Positions 47,637 through 57,603 of a DNA stretch of 64,000 bases are shown here, piece after piece. The first letter of the stretch is position 1. Every line of letters starts with the position of its first letter. The notes under the pieces are model-generated. The model saw only the letters and a program-made list of their open reading frames with translations, had not been told where the DNA came from and searched no databases. This stretch comes from an uncultured Gammaproteobacteria bacterium. Its GTDB lineage: Bacteria > Patescibacteriota > Patescibacteriia > UBA1558 > 2-01-FULL-52-15. The DNA lies in NCBI GenBank assembly GCA_964402565.1, contig CAYOCJ010000001.1:352079-416078 (forward strand). The letters are read 5' to 3'. The translations under genes and the position numbers were made by a program.

Positions 47637-48292
47637 ATATCTTTGTTGTCATACCTGCATTCAATGAAATAGAGAGAATTGAAAAGACTTTGATCGATCT
47701 TTCGAAAAGCGGTTCGTATCAGATCGTGGTCGTTGATGATGGATCCACTGACGGCACAGCGGCCATTGCTGAGAAGTATGCAGTCGTGCTGCGGCATCCT
47801 ATCAATAGAGGCATGGGAGCAGCACTTGCCACGGGCACTGCATACGCTGTGCAACAGGGAGCAGATATAGTTGTGCATTTTGATGCGGACGGCCAGCATA
47901 GTGCTGCAGATATCCCGCGGATCGTTGCTCCTATCATTGATAAAAAAGCAGAAGTAGTGTTCGGATCGCGGTATCTGGGCAATAGCCATGTGCCATTCTC
48001 GAAAAAATACCTGATACATATGCCGGCGCGTGTGCTCCAGAACGCTCTGACCGGCATTCGGCTGACCGATGTGCATAATGGTTTCAGGGCCATGAGCCGC
48101 GATGCCGCAGGCAAGATCCGGATACAGCAGGATCGGATGGCGCACGCATCAGAAATCGTAGCTGAGGTGCATCGGCTTGGTTTGCCATTCACTGAGGTAC
48201 CTGTTACCATTTCGTATCGAGAGTATGGCCAGGGTTTTGCAGCCGGCATACGCATTTTGAAGGACCTTATTGTCCGCAAACTATTGCCCTAA
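47633..48292 (+). CDS. GT2 polyprenol-phosphate glycosyltransferase (DPM1-like, soluble)
   Basis: VIPAFNE, VDDGSTD, H.INRG.GAAL.TG, FDADGQH, TD.HNGFRA. Confidence 0.9.
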   Translation: MNIFVVIPAFNEIERIEKTLIDLSKSGSYQIVVVDDGSTDGTAAIAEKYAVVLRHPINRGMGAALATGTAYAVQQGADIVVHFDADGQHSAADIPRIVAPIIDKKAEVVFGSRYLGNSHVPFSKKYLIHMPARVLQNALTGIRLTDVHNGFRAMSRDAAGKIRIQQDRMAHASEIVAEVHRLGLPFTEVPVTISYREYGQGFAAGIRILKDLIVRKLLP

Positions 48293-48294
48293 CT

Positions 48295-48654
48295 ATGTGG
48301 ATCCAAATTATCGGCACGGTATTGGCAGGCATTGCTCTGGTGAGGATAGTCCAGAATTATCGCGCACGGAGGTTGTCAGGATCGCTCAGTTTTGTGTGGG
48401 GGTTGATATGGCTTTCAGTAGGTGTAATCTTTTGGTCGCCTGATATTGCAAGCAGATTAGCGCTTAGCGTTGGCATCGGGAGAGGAGCAGATCTCATCAC
48501 CTATAGCGCGATCATAGTTCTGGTGTATTTGGTGTATCGCATCTTTATCCGCATGGAGCGGCTCGAGCATTCACTGACCCAACTAACGCGCGCAATTACA
48601 TTGCATGATGCAAAAGGCAAAGATCATAGTACCAATACTGATTCTGAATTATAA
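48295..48654 (+). CDS. DUF2304-like small membrane protein (partner of the upstream GT2)
   Basis: Three TMs, GIGRGADL..Y, coiled C-terminus LE..LTQL.R.I.L. Confidence 0.8.
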   Translation: MWIQIIGTVLAGIALVRIVQNYRARRLSGSLSFVWGLIWLSVGVIFWSPDIASRLALSVGIGRGADLITYSAIIVLVYLVYRIFIRMERLEHSLTQLTRAITLHDAKGKDHSTNTDSEL

Positions 48655-49675
48655 CGGGCGGCAATACCTGGATGATTGCATCGGCTCACTTATTGCAGAT
48701 GTGTACGATGATCTCGAGCCTGTTATCTATGTCGTTGATAATCAATCAACGGATGATTCGGCCCAGTACCTGAGAGAGCGTTGGCCGGAGGTATGCATAT
48801 TTTCAGCACCGTCGAATCTTGGTTTTGCAGCAGGAAATAATTTTGGTTGGGCTCAGATACTGAAAGACATTCCTGAAGTCCAGTACCTTTTTCTATTGAA
48901 TCAGGACACTGTTGTTGAGCGGGGCTTCCTGGCGCCCTTGGTACGCGCATTCGAGCGTGATCCGCGTTTAGGATCTGCACAAGCGAAGCTGCTTTTGCAC
49001 CCTGAAACGACAAAGGTGAATTCACTGGGGAATGTCATTCATTTCCTTGGTTTTGGGTATGGCAGCTATGATGGCGTTGCTGAAGCATCGGCACCGAAAC
49101 AAGATCATGCGATCAACTATCCATCCGGCGCGGCGGTCCTGCTGCGAGCCAGCGCCCTGCGTGAAGTCGGTCTTTTTGATGATTTTATGTTCATGTATTT
49201 AGAAGATCTGGACCTTGGCTGGAGATTGTCTTTGGCCGGATGGAAGAATGTGCTGATCGCCTCATCGCGGGTCTACCATAAATATCAATTCAGCAGGAGC
49301 ATGAAGCAATACTATTTTTTTGAGCGGAACCGCCTGTGGATCATCTTGAAGAATTATCATATTGCAACACTGCTCCTGCTTGCGCCGGCATGGTCGATGA
49401 TGGAATTGGGGCAGCTGCTCTTCGCAGCGATCAACGGTGTATTGCCGAAGAAGATCAGCTCGTATACTTATTTTTTTTCAAGGAAACATCTGAACATGCT
49501 GAAAGAAGACCGTAAGCGCACGCAAGCGCTTCGCAAAGTGAAAGACAGGGATATTCTCAGTACATTTTCAGGCGTGATCGATTTTCAACCGTTGCAAAAT
49601 CCCTTGATCACCTATATTGCAAACCCGGTCTTTTCGTTGTACCATCGATTGATTCAGTATTGTATTTTTTGGTAA
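48605..49675 (+). CDS. GT2 glycosyltransferase (rhamnosyltransferase/WbbL-like)
   Basis: LNYNG, VDN.STD, NLGFAAGNN.G, LLNQDT, SGAA, FMYLED.DL.WR. Confidence 0.88.
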   Translation: MMQKAKIIVPILILNYNGRQYLDDCIGSLIADVYDDLEPVIYVVDNQSTDDSAQYLRERWPEVCIFSAPSNLGFAAGNNFGWAQILKDIPEVQYLFLLNQDTVVERGFLAPLVRAFERDPRLGSAQAKLLLHPETTKVNSLGNVIHFLGFGYGSYDGVAEASAPKQDHAINYPSGAAVLLRASALREVGLFDDFMFMYLEDLDLGWRLSLAGWKNVLIASSRVYHKYQFSRSMKQYYFFERNRLWIILKNYHIATLLLLAPAWSMMELGQLLFAAINGVLPKKISSYTYFFSRKHLNMLKEDRKRTQALRKVKDRDILSTFSGVIDFQPLQNPLITYIANPVFSLYHRLIQYCIFW

Positions 49676-50820
49676 TGAAAATAGCGCATGTCGTTTCAAC
49701 ATTTCCGCCGTATAAAGCTGGTGTCGGCAATTCTGCGTACCACTTGAGCTGGGAGTTGGCCCAGTTGGGATGTGACGTGACCGTTTTTACGATCGCGACC
49801 AAGGGGCATTATGCCATGGATGCAAGCCTGCCTTTCAAGGTCGTGCGGTTGCGGCCATGGTTTTGGTATGGGAATGCCGGGTTTGTCCCGCAGCTGCTAT
49901 GGCGCCTGCAGGACTTCGATATTATTCACCTGCATTATCCTTTTTTTGGAGGCGCTGAAATGATATATCTGCGCGACATCGTACGGCCGCTCAATATCAT
50001 CCTGCATTACCATATGGATGTTGTCGGTGATGGCGTTATGAAACGTTTATTCTCATTTCACAGCGCCTATGTGCTGCCGCGCATTTTGGACCATGCGAAT
50101 AAGATTATTGTAACTTCGATGGATTATGCACGGCGTTCATTGCTGTATGATCGCATGGCGAAAGAGGAGGACAAGTTCATTGAAATTCCGCTCGGCGTTG
50201 ATCCTGATGTCTTCAAGCCGCGCATCAAACCAAAGGAACTGGTGCAGAAATACAATCTCCATAATAAGAAAGTGCTTTTGTTCGTGGGGGCGCTTGATCG
50301 TGCGCATTATTTCAAGGGCGTCAATTACCTTATCAAGGCCTTTCAGCTGATCTCATCGAACGATGCATATCGTCTTATCATCGTCGGCGGCGGCAATTTG
50401 AAACCGACCTATGAAAGCCTGGCCGTGAATTTCGGTCTTGAGCGCAAGGTGATCTTCACTGATACTGTGCCAGATGATGTCTTGCCGCTGTACTATAATC
50501 TGGCAGACATTTTTATTTTTCCCTCGATCGACAGCTCTGAAGCTTTCGGGATCGTTGCCCTGGAAGCAATGGCGTCAGGGCTGCCCGTGATCGCTTCAGA
50601 TCTGCCAGGCGTTCGGAGTGTTGTGGATAGGGAAGCGACAGGACTTCTGGTAAAACCGAAGGACGTGACCTATTTAGCAAAACAGATGCATTATTTACTT
50701 GAGAACCCGCAAGTGTGCAATAAGCTTGGCAAGCATGCGCGGTCACGGGTCTTGAATCGCTATACCTGGAAAGTGGTCGGCAGGGAGGTATATGATATGT
50801 ATCAGCAGCATCAACTATGA
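49675..50820 (+). CDS. GT4 family glycosyltransferase
   Basis: FPPY..G.G, HLHYPF, LDRAHYFKG, SEAFGIVALEAMA. Confidence 0.92.
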   Translation: MKIAHVVSTFPPYKAGVGNSAYHLSWELAQLGCDVTVFTIATKGHYAMDASLPFKVVRLRPWFWYGNAGFVPQLLWRLQDFDIIHLHYPFFGGAEMIYLRDIVRPLNIILHYHMDVVGDGVMKRLFSFHSAYVLPRILDHANKIIVTSMDYARRSLLYDRMAKEEDKFIEIPLGVDPDVFKPRIKPKELVQKYNLHNKKVLLFVGALDRAHYFKGVNYLIKAFQLISSNDAYRLIIVGGGNLKPTYESLAVNFGLERKVIFTDTVPDDVLPLYYNLADIFIFPSIDSSEAFGIVALEAMASGLPVIASDLPGVRSVVDREATGLLVKPKDVTYLAKQMHYLLENPQVCNKLGKHARSRVLNRYTWKVVGREVYDMYQQHQL

Positions 50821-52016
50821 AGATCTGTATCGTAACTAATCTCTATCCGCCGCTCACGCGTGGCGGCGCTGAGATCATAGCTGAGACGATGGCACAGGGG
50901 CTGCATGCGAAGGGGCATGACGTATTCGTAGTCACCTCTGGGCCATATGCAGGTTTCAAATCGTTGCAGGCACGCTCTGAAAAGCGGCACGGCATCCAGG
51001 TATACTCGTGGTATCCTCTGAATCTTTATCAGTATGCGGACGGTCATACGAAGCCAGTTATCGTACGCTGCATCTGGCATGTCATTGATCTCTTCAATAT
51101 ACATTCGTGGCATCAGTTGAAAAAAATTTTGCGTCGCGAGAAGCCTGATCTCGTGATCACCCATAATCTGATGGGAATCGGTTTTCTTTCGCCAGTGGCC
51201 ATACGGCACATGCACATTCGCCATGTGCATGTGGTGCATGATGTCCAGCTCTATACTCCCTCGGGAATTATTTTACACGGCCAAGAGCATTCCTTCATAC
51301 AAAGTCTCTATACTGCGATCGGATACAGCACAGTGATGCGATGGCTGTTCAAAAAAGTTGAGCTTGTTATTTCGCCCTCACAATTCCTGATAGATTTTTA
51401 TGTACGGCATCGTTTTTTTTCAAACGCAAAAAAAGCGGTAGTCAAGAATCCGATATCATTCCCGGCACAGCAGCTGTATCGTCCGCAGAACGGCAGATTA
51501 CGATTGTTGTATATTGGTAATTTGCAAAAAGCTAAAGGAGCCGTTGACCTAGCCAAAACAGTCGCTCAACTAGACGACCCGAACATTACATTGACGCTTG
51601 TCGGAACTGGAGCAGATACAGACCGTATTCGATCGCTAGTAGAGCGATCAGATGGACGCATTATGCTTGCAGGCCGCGTGCAGCATGATGCATTGCCTGC
51701 GTTTTTCGCCAAGGCTGATGTACTAGTTGCTCCGACGCTTTGCTATGATAATTTCCCTACCGTAGTCGCTGAGTCTTTGCGCCACGGCATCCCTGCCATA
51801 GTTTCTGACCTTGGCGGAGCAAAAGAAATTGTGCGCAATGGACACAATGGCTGGGTCATACCCGTCAATGATTGGGATAGGCTTTTGTCTTTGATCCAGG
51901 AACTGGCGCGTGATCGATCTCAAATAGATGCAGCCGCATCCCAGGCTATCGACTCAGTGAAAGAGCTGACCGTCGATCAGTATAGCGATCAGTTGTTTCG
52001 TTTGCTTCAAAAATAA
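50817..52016 (+). CDS. GT4 family glycosyltransferase
   Basis: LYPP..RGGAE, THNL.G, HD.QL, SPS.FL, YDNFPTVV.ES. Confidence 0.9.
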   Translation: MKICIVTNLYPPLTRGGAEIIAETMAQGLHAKGHDVFVVTSGPYAGFKSLQARSEKRHGIQVYSWYPLNLYQYADGHTKPVIVRCIWHVIDLFNIHSWHQLKKILRREKPDLVITHNLMGIGFLSPVAIRHMHIRHVHVVHDVQLYTPSGIILHGQEHSFIQSLYTAIGYSTVMRWLFKKVELVISPSQFLIDFYVRHRFFSNAKKAVVKNPISFPAQQLYRPQNGRLRLLYIGNLQKAKGAVDLAKTVAQLDDPNITLTLVGTGADTDRIRSLVERSDGRIMLAGRVQHDALPAFFAKADVLVAPTLCYDNFPTVVAESLRHGIPAIVSDLGGAKEIVRNGHNGWVIPVNDWDRLLSLIQELARDRSQIDAAASQAIDSVKELTVDQYSDQLFRLLQK

Positions 52017-54102
52017 AGATATCGACGCGGCCGGTTTTTTCGTCTATGACATGCGTACGCGCGGCGCCTGTTTGCAAAGCTGTTCGAATTTTTTCAGAAG
52101 AATCCCAGTACTCATTGAGGACCACATAGACGGCCTGTACACCGGTGATTGCTCTTGTCTCATCAAGTGCATGCTGAGCCTGATCGTGATCTATGGTCAT
52201 GACCTTGAGGAATTTTTGGTAGAGCGGGCCATTCGTCGGGATTGGATAGTACAAGAGCCCGTTATGATATTGTGCGAAACCGTACGACTGCAGGGCAACC
52301 GCTGATACGGTCTGATCTGCAAGGACTACATACTCATGAGAGCCTGCATCAGCGTGTATCCACTGCACTGCATCATAGTCTGATGCTGAGGCGCTATATC
52401 CTTTATTTTGATCGCGAGTATCGAATCGAGGAAAGGATCCATACCATGACGCTGTTATGCCTAACGAGAGCAGCAGCACAGCGATCAGCATTGTCTGTCG
52501 TCCCATTGTGCTGGCTCGGCTGAATGTCGCAACAATGAAATACAGCGCCAGCGGGGCCAATGTGATCAAACAGAGCATTGCAATTCGCTGGGCAAAAATA
52601 TTTGATTCGATCTCGGTCGAAAAATCAAATTGCATGAAGGTCCGCATTCCTACATAGGCGCACAGCATTGTACCGGACATGATCAAAAATGGGCGCAAGT
52701 TTTTTTTCTGTGCTTTGTCCGCAAGAGCATATCCAGAAAGCGAAATGATGATCCAGAGAAAACCAGCGCTCTGAATGAAAGAATAGAGCAGGTCATCGAT
52801 ATTTGTGAACCGGAAAACAGAAGGCAAGAACGGCTGCCAGAGAGATATGCTTTGATAGAATCCGAAGTGAATAGAGAATTCGCCAGAACGAAGTGCAGCA
52901 ATGACGAGCATGCTTGGCACCATCACTATGCCGGCTGCAACGATCAGCGAAAGGAAAGTCATGCGTACTGTTGACGAAAGGGAGGTGCGTTGATACGCGA
53001 GAAAGAAAAATGCCATGATCGCCAGCGGTATGCCCGTCAGCGGATGCATCGCCGTGGCGGTTATGGCTATGCCTGCGAGCGGCCACCAGGGAAGAACATC
53101 AGTGGCATAGTGCAGGGCTGTAAACATGAAGAGTAGTGCAAGAAGATATGATGCTGCTTGCGGAGTGCTCTGGACCATATACGCATAGGGCAACAGAAGT
53201 ATGCTGAGAGCTGCGATCAATGAGAATTTTTTTTCTCGACCGATATACCGCAGGCCGCTACTGGCGGCTAAGGGCACAAGCACTGCACACAAGATCAAAT
53301 TGAGATACGTATTGGCATTTGCCAGAGGGATATGCACGATGCGCACGAGCCAAACCACGAGGGAATAGTATCCGACATAGTAGAACGGGCGCGGCTGTAT
53401 CGTATTATGAGTCAGCAGCAGCTGCTCAGTGGCATGATGAATGAACGGATCAAAGCCATAACCGAGGGGAAAGATGATAGCCAGTACGCAGAGTGATAGC
53501 GCATAGGCGGGAATTAATCTTTTCCAGCCGGCCCGGTCGCTGTAGATGATCGATGCCATCGATATACAGATCAGCACGCCGTAGATGACGAAGGAGATCG
53601 CCGGCATCAATGACCAGGGGGTTACTGCACTCGACAGCGTTCGCGAACGCATCATGAGAAAAAAGAGCAAACCTGCAAGTATGGTTATGCTGCCGAGACC
53701 CAACGTGGTCGTCGGACTCGGATAACGAAATGAAAATTCGATGCGGTCGGTTTTTTTGAGCACTCGCATATGAGTCAGCACCAGGAGCGGGCTGAGAGCA
53801 GTGATCAGGCCAAAAACGAAAGCATTCAATTCGTAGAAATAAAACAGGGACGTCAGTACGCAGGTGTAGTATCCAAGCATCATGAGCGCGCCCATCAGCC
53901 ATTGCGTTTCAGGATGATTATTGGGGAAATACGCTTTGCCAAGCAGTTTGCTGAAGAACAGGATATAGACCATGGCAACCGGGGCTGCGATAGTGATAGT
54001 TCCCATCTGTAATGACAGAAAAAGAGCGCTGATCAGAACTGCGCTTACTGATAGTTCATGGGGTATGGCAAGGGTTTGAGTGGCGGTGTTGTGCTTCTGC
54101 AT
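51946..54102 (-). CDS. Large multi-pass membrane protein, possible GT-C fold
   Basis: 718 aa with many TMs, GYGFDPFIH.ATE loop, and a C-terminal domain AV.WI....YVVLADQ.VS..AL. Confidence 0.65.
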   Translation of the reverse strand: MQKHNTATQTLAIPHELSVSAVLISALFLSLQMGTITIAAPVAMVYILFFSKLLGKAYFPNNHPETQWLMGALMMLGYYTCVLTSLFYFYELNAFVFGLITALSPLLVLTHMRVLKKTDRIEFSFRYPSPTTTLGLGSITILAGLLFFLMMRSRTLSSAVTPWSLMPAISFVIYGVLICISMASIIYSDRAGWKRLIPAYALSLCVLAIIFPLGYGFDPFIHHATEQLLLTHNTIQPRPFYYVGYYSLVVWLVRIVHIPLANANTYLNLILCAVLVPLAASSGLRYIGREKKFSLIAALSILLLPYAYMVQSTPQAASYLLALLFMFTALHYATDVLPWWPLAGIAITATAMHPLTGIPLAIMAFFFLAYQRTSLSSTVRMTFLSLIVAAGIVMVPSMLVIAALRSGEFSIHFGFYQSISLWQPFLPSVFRFTNIDDLLYSFIQSAGFLWIIISLSGYALADKAQKKNLRPFLIMSGTMLCAYVGMRTFMQFDFSTEIESNIFAQRIAMLCLITLAPLALYFIVATFSRASTMGRQTMLIAVLLLSLGITASWYGSFPRFDTRDQNKGYSASASDYDAVQWIHADAGSHEYVVLADQTVSAVALQSYGFAQYHNGLLYYPIPTNGPLYQKFLKVMTIDHDQAQHALDETRAITGVQAVYVVLNEYWDSSEKIRTALQTGAARTHVIDEKTGRVDIFIFEANETTDRYTDRRSALSLSR

Positions 54103-54187
54103 AGGTCGTGTACCCTATACTAGCATACCTTTTTTTCGAAAACCATATACATTTTTTGGTATACTATTATATGGAGCACACCGACCT

Positions 54188-55786
54188 ATGACTGAGGTTC
54201 GCAGAATTCAAATTCTTAGTATCTACATTGCACTGTTCGTCCTGGTGCAGTCAGTTTTCATCTGGAATGGCGGAACATTCGGCGTCTTTAATTCGCCTGA
54301 TGCGAACGCGAATTATTATTTCTCATTGCAGATTTTCCAGGGCAAACCCCTCGGTATGCAGCTGCCGGATGCGCCGAACGAGGCACGGCAATTTTTATTC
54401 ACTCGAAGCACGCATATCGTAGGTGATACCGTGCTTCCGGTCGGGTTCCTGGGACTGATCATGATCTACGGATCTATCAGCAAGCTGCTATTCATAAACC
54501 TGATTCCATATCTGACTGTTTTTGCTTCAGCGGCCGGAATTTTTTTCTTTTATCATTTAATGAAATATTTTTTTTCATCAGACGCAGCGTTCGCGTCAGC
54601 TCTAGCACTCGGCCTGCATCCCGCATGGTGGTACTACACCAATGACTCATTGCTTCCAAACGTGCTTTTCATGAGCCTTGCTATCATCAGCTTTACGGCT
54701 GTATTGCGCGCCCTCACAAACAATTCAATTCGAATGGCTCTGATTGCAGGCATTGTCAGCGTGCTTGCGATCTGGGTCCGCATGTCTGAAGCGCTTTGGT
54801 TCATACCGCTGCTCATTCTTTTTTCATATATGGTGCCGGAGCATCCGAAAGAAGTACGCCGCACATTTTCAATATACTGGCTGACGGTTCTTGCCGGCGC
54901 GCTATGCGCATGGATGGTGCAACGAGGTTTGACTCAGACTTCACACCTGTTCGGGTATGTCGTACCAGGTGATGCTGCAAAAAATGGGGGAGGCCTGCTT
55001 TCATTGCTCTTCCCGTTTGGTTTTCACCCGCGTCTGATCGCCTTGCACGCCTATCAATATGGTTTACGGATATTTTGGCTGTATACGCTTGCGACGGCAG
55101 TGTCGCTTTGGATATCAGGCCTTGCAGTGTATGTCCGGTCTCGCCTGGCGAAAATATATTTTGCTGCAGCAGCAGTATGTTCGGCAGTCGTATTGATACT
55201 GTACGGATCATGGCAGGTGACTGATGCGCTGTCGCCATGGGCGATCACTATCGGCACTTCATATGTACGATATTTTTTGCCTGTGTATACCTTTGTCTGC
55301 ATACCGTTGATCGCGAATGGGGCCGTTAAGGGATTACAGTATGTTTCAAAAAAATATCGCTTTTCTGTTTTAGTAATGCTCGTCGGCATTGGCATTGTGT
55401 CGCTCTATGCAACGACTATGGCGGGTTTTCCTGAGTCTATCATTGCGAAGGCAGAAACAGTGAAAAGCTATGACACCATTGCCGGCTGGGTTCTCGAGCA
55501 TACATCTGAAGATAGCATCATACTCACGGCTAAAGGCGACAAATATCTCTGGCCAAAGAGGAATGTCATCACTTCATTTTCCACTCAGCAGGGGCTGCAG
55601 GCAGCTTTGATTTTTCAAAAGCAGGGGCATCCGCTGTACTATAGCGGCGTGACATTCGACCAAAAAAAACTTGATGAATTTAATACCAAGCTGCAGGCGG
55701 TTGGTCTGCTACTAGGTCTGCCTCTCTATACCTATGCCGATGTAAGTATTTATCCGATAACACCTCTCCAGCCTCATGCGCCATAG
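54188..55786 (+). CDS. Multi-pass membrane protein, probable GT-C fold glycosyltransferase
   Basis: FNSPD.NANY.F first loop, R.SE..W, IG.SY.RY.LP. Start set at MTEVRR (ORF track 54080). Confidence 0.68.
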   Translation: MTEVRRIQILSIYIALFVLVQSVFIWNGGTFGVFNSPDANANYYFSLQIFQGKPLGMQLPDAPNEARQFLFTRSTHIVGDTVLPVGFLGLIMIYGSISKLLFINLIPYLTVFASAAGIFFFYHLMKYFFSSDAAFASALALGLHPAWWYYTNDSLLPNVLFMSLAIISFTAVLRALTNNSIRMALIAGIVSVLAIWVRMSEALWFIPLLILFSYMVPEHPKEVRRTFSIYWLTVLAGALCAWMVQRGLTQTSHLFGYVVPGDAAKNGGGLLSLLFPFGFHPRLIALHAYQYGLRIFWLYTLATAVSLWISGLAVYVRSRLAKIYFAAAAVCSAVVLILYGSWQVTDALSPWAITIGTSYVRYFLPVYTFVCIPLIANGAVKGLQYVSKKYRFSVLVMLVGIGIVSLYATTMAGFPESIIAKAETVKSYDTIAGWVLEHTSEDSIILTAKGDKYLWPKRNVITSFSTQQGLQAALIFQKQGHPLYYSGVTFDQKKLDEFNTKLQAVGLLLGLPLYTYADVSIYPITPLQPHAP

Positions 55787-56324
55787 TTCATATACATTCG
55801 TCATGCAGGCTGCTCGAGCAAGTATCTATGGCGTCATACCGCTGCTGGTTCTCGCGGCTATGATCATGCAGCTGAATCCAAGCGGAATCAGGAGCTTCCG
55901 GTATTCCGTCGGCAAACCCTCAGCGCTTATTTCTCAATTTTTTCCCGGACAGCGTTTAACCATGCCTCAGGACGGCAAGCAACAGGTGAAGCAGGAACCG
56001 GTATATGTATGGGTCCGTTATCCGCATCGATATGATAGTGCTGAGGTGCATGTAGCTATCGACAATCCTTCTGGGCGTATGTGGAAAGTCGGCATTGCTA
56101 CTGCGAGTACGCCGATGTGGGCATATTCACTGGCAGTACCCGACAGCAATGGGGATGCTGTATTTGAGCTATCAAAAGCATATGTAGACCATGGGCGTTT
56201 GCGTTTCATTATTTCAATTCCGGGTTTAGAAGCTGATAATGACGTTGCTCTCAAAGGTTTCGATATACGGTTGCAGCGCGAGTCGCTCCTACAGACACTG
56301 CAGAGAAGGCTCTTGCAGAAATAA
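55776..56324 (+). CDS. Membrane-anchored hypothetical protein
   Basis: N-terminal TM plus beta-rich domain; overlaps the upstream stop in an operon-like arrangement. Confidence 0.6.
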   Translation: MRHSSYTFVMQAARASIYGVIPLLVLAAMIMQLNPSGIRSFRYSVGKPSALISQFFPGQRLTMPQDGKQQVKQEPVYVWVRYPHRYDSAEVHVAIDNPSGRMWKVGIATASTPMWAYSLAVPDSNGDAVFELSKAYVDHGRLRFIISIPGLEADNDVALKGFDIRLQRESLLQTLQRRLLQK

Positions 56325-56325
56325 T

Positions 56326-56709
56326 ATGCTATCAATGTCATCAAAAAATAATTTTCGGCATTTGTACACTGACGTGAGCATTGCATTAACCTGTGGCGCT
56401 TTGATCTCGGTTTTGATCGAACTCTTGAATCCCGGTCTCATGAGCAGCATCGTGAACATCAGTGCGCTGTGGGCGCTGGCCGTGGTCATAGATTTCACAG
56501 GTATTTCCTGTTCGTTGTTTTCCGGATCCCTTGACCGGCTGCAACAGCAGTATGTGGAAGTATCGCTTGCTCTGTCTAGTGTATTGTTGCTTCTCTATTT
56601 TTCTTTACAATACAGTGCTCATTTGTTAGGTTTAGGTATAGTTTTCGTTATCTGCGGAGTATGCGCAGTTAATGTTTGGAAATTCTATGATAGAAGGGGT
56701 AACAATTAA
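56326..56709 (+). CDS. Small hypothetical membrane protein
   Basis: About four hydrophobic segments; fills the gap between neighbouring genes. Confidence 0.55.
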   Translation: MLSMSSKNNFRHLYTDVSIALTCGALISVLIELLNPGLMSSIVNISALWALAVVIDFTGISCSLFSGSLDRLQQQYVEVSLALSSVLLLLYFSLQYSAHLLGLGIVFVICGVCAVNVWKFYDRRGNN

Positions 56710-57163
56710 ACAACTGAAAGTTCATCAGGATATTCCCGATACGGAGGAAGTCACCAAGCCGGGATTTCTTATGGAAGTGCTGCGCGATGATGAACAATTG
56801 CTCTCACATTTCGGCCAAACGACATTCACAGTTGCCTACCAGGGTACGATCAAAGCATTTCACCGGCATGAACGCCAAGATGATCTCTGGTTCATTGCAA
56901 CAGGCAAAGCGCGCGTAGTGCTGTATGATACCAGGGAAGCATCTGCTACATTCGGCAAAACACAGGTGATTCATGCAGGCGCAGGCGACTATAAATTGAT
57001 CTGCATCCCCGTAGGCGTTGCGCATGGTTATCAGGTGCTGTCAGAAGAACCGGTGCTTCTTTTTTACCACACGACAGCATCATATCATGCACAAAAACCG
57101 GATGAATTCAGGATCCCGTATAATGATCCTGCGATTGCGTTCGATTGGAATAAGCAGGACTAA
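56687..57163 (+). CDS. rmlC: dTDP-4-dehydrorhamnose 3,5-epimerase family (RmlC/SpsL-like cupin)
   Basis: MIEGV.IK.L, G.IKAFH.H..QDD, VVLYD.R..S.TFG, IP.GVAHGY. Confidence 0.82.
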   Translation: MIEGVTIKQLKVHQDIPDTEEVTKPGFLMEVLRDDEQLLSHFGQTTFTVAYQGTIKAFHRHERQDDLWFIATGKARVVLYDTREASATFGKTQVIHAGAGDYKLICIPVGVAHGYQVLSEEPVLLFYHTTASYHAQKPDEFRIPYNDPAIAFDWNKQD

Positions 57164-57174
57164 CCTATACGTCT

Positions 57175-57603
57175 ATGACTGATTGTATTTTCTGCAAAAT
57201 AATACGCCGCGAAATCCCTGCCCATATTCTGTATGAAGATGAACACTGTATTGTTTTTTTGGACGCCTTTCCTACGACGTCGGGTCATTCGCTGGTTGTG
57301 CCGAAAGTGCACTATGCGCGATTTGATGAAACGCCCCTTGAAGTCGTTGAAAAACTTGTATCCGTCATTCGCAGGCTCGCGCCTGAGATAGCAGCAGCGT
57401 TAAGCGCCGATGGTTTTAATCTTGGCCTGAATAATGGCTCTGCTGCTGGCCAGGTCGTTGAGCATGTACACTGGCATATCATTCCGCGCTCCTTCGACGA
57501 TGGCCTGAAAGCCTGGTCGCCGAAAAAAGGCGGATCAGAAGAACTCACAGCTGTTGCGAAGATGCTTTCAGATAGTTTGCGTAATGTACAGAACCCCGTA
57601 TGA
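57175..57603 (+). CDS. HIT family hydrolase
   Basis: DCIFCKII..EIP, GH.LVVPK.H, AGQVV.HVHWHIIPR. Confidence 0.93.
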   Translation: MTDCIFCKIIRREIPAHILYEDEHCIVFLDAFPTTSGHSLVVPKVHYARFDETPLEVVEKLVSVIRRLAPEIAAALSADGFNLGLNNGSAAGQVVEHVHWHIIPRSFDDGLKAWSPKKGGSEELTAVAKMLSDSLRNVQNPV

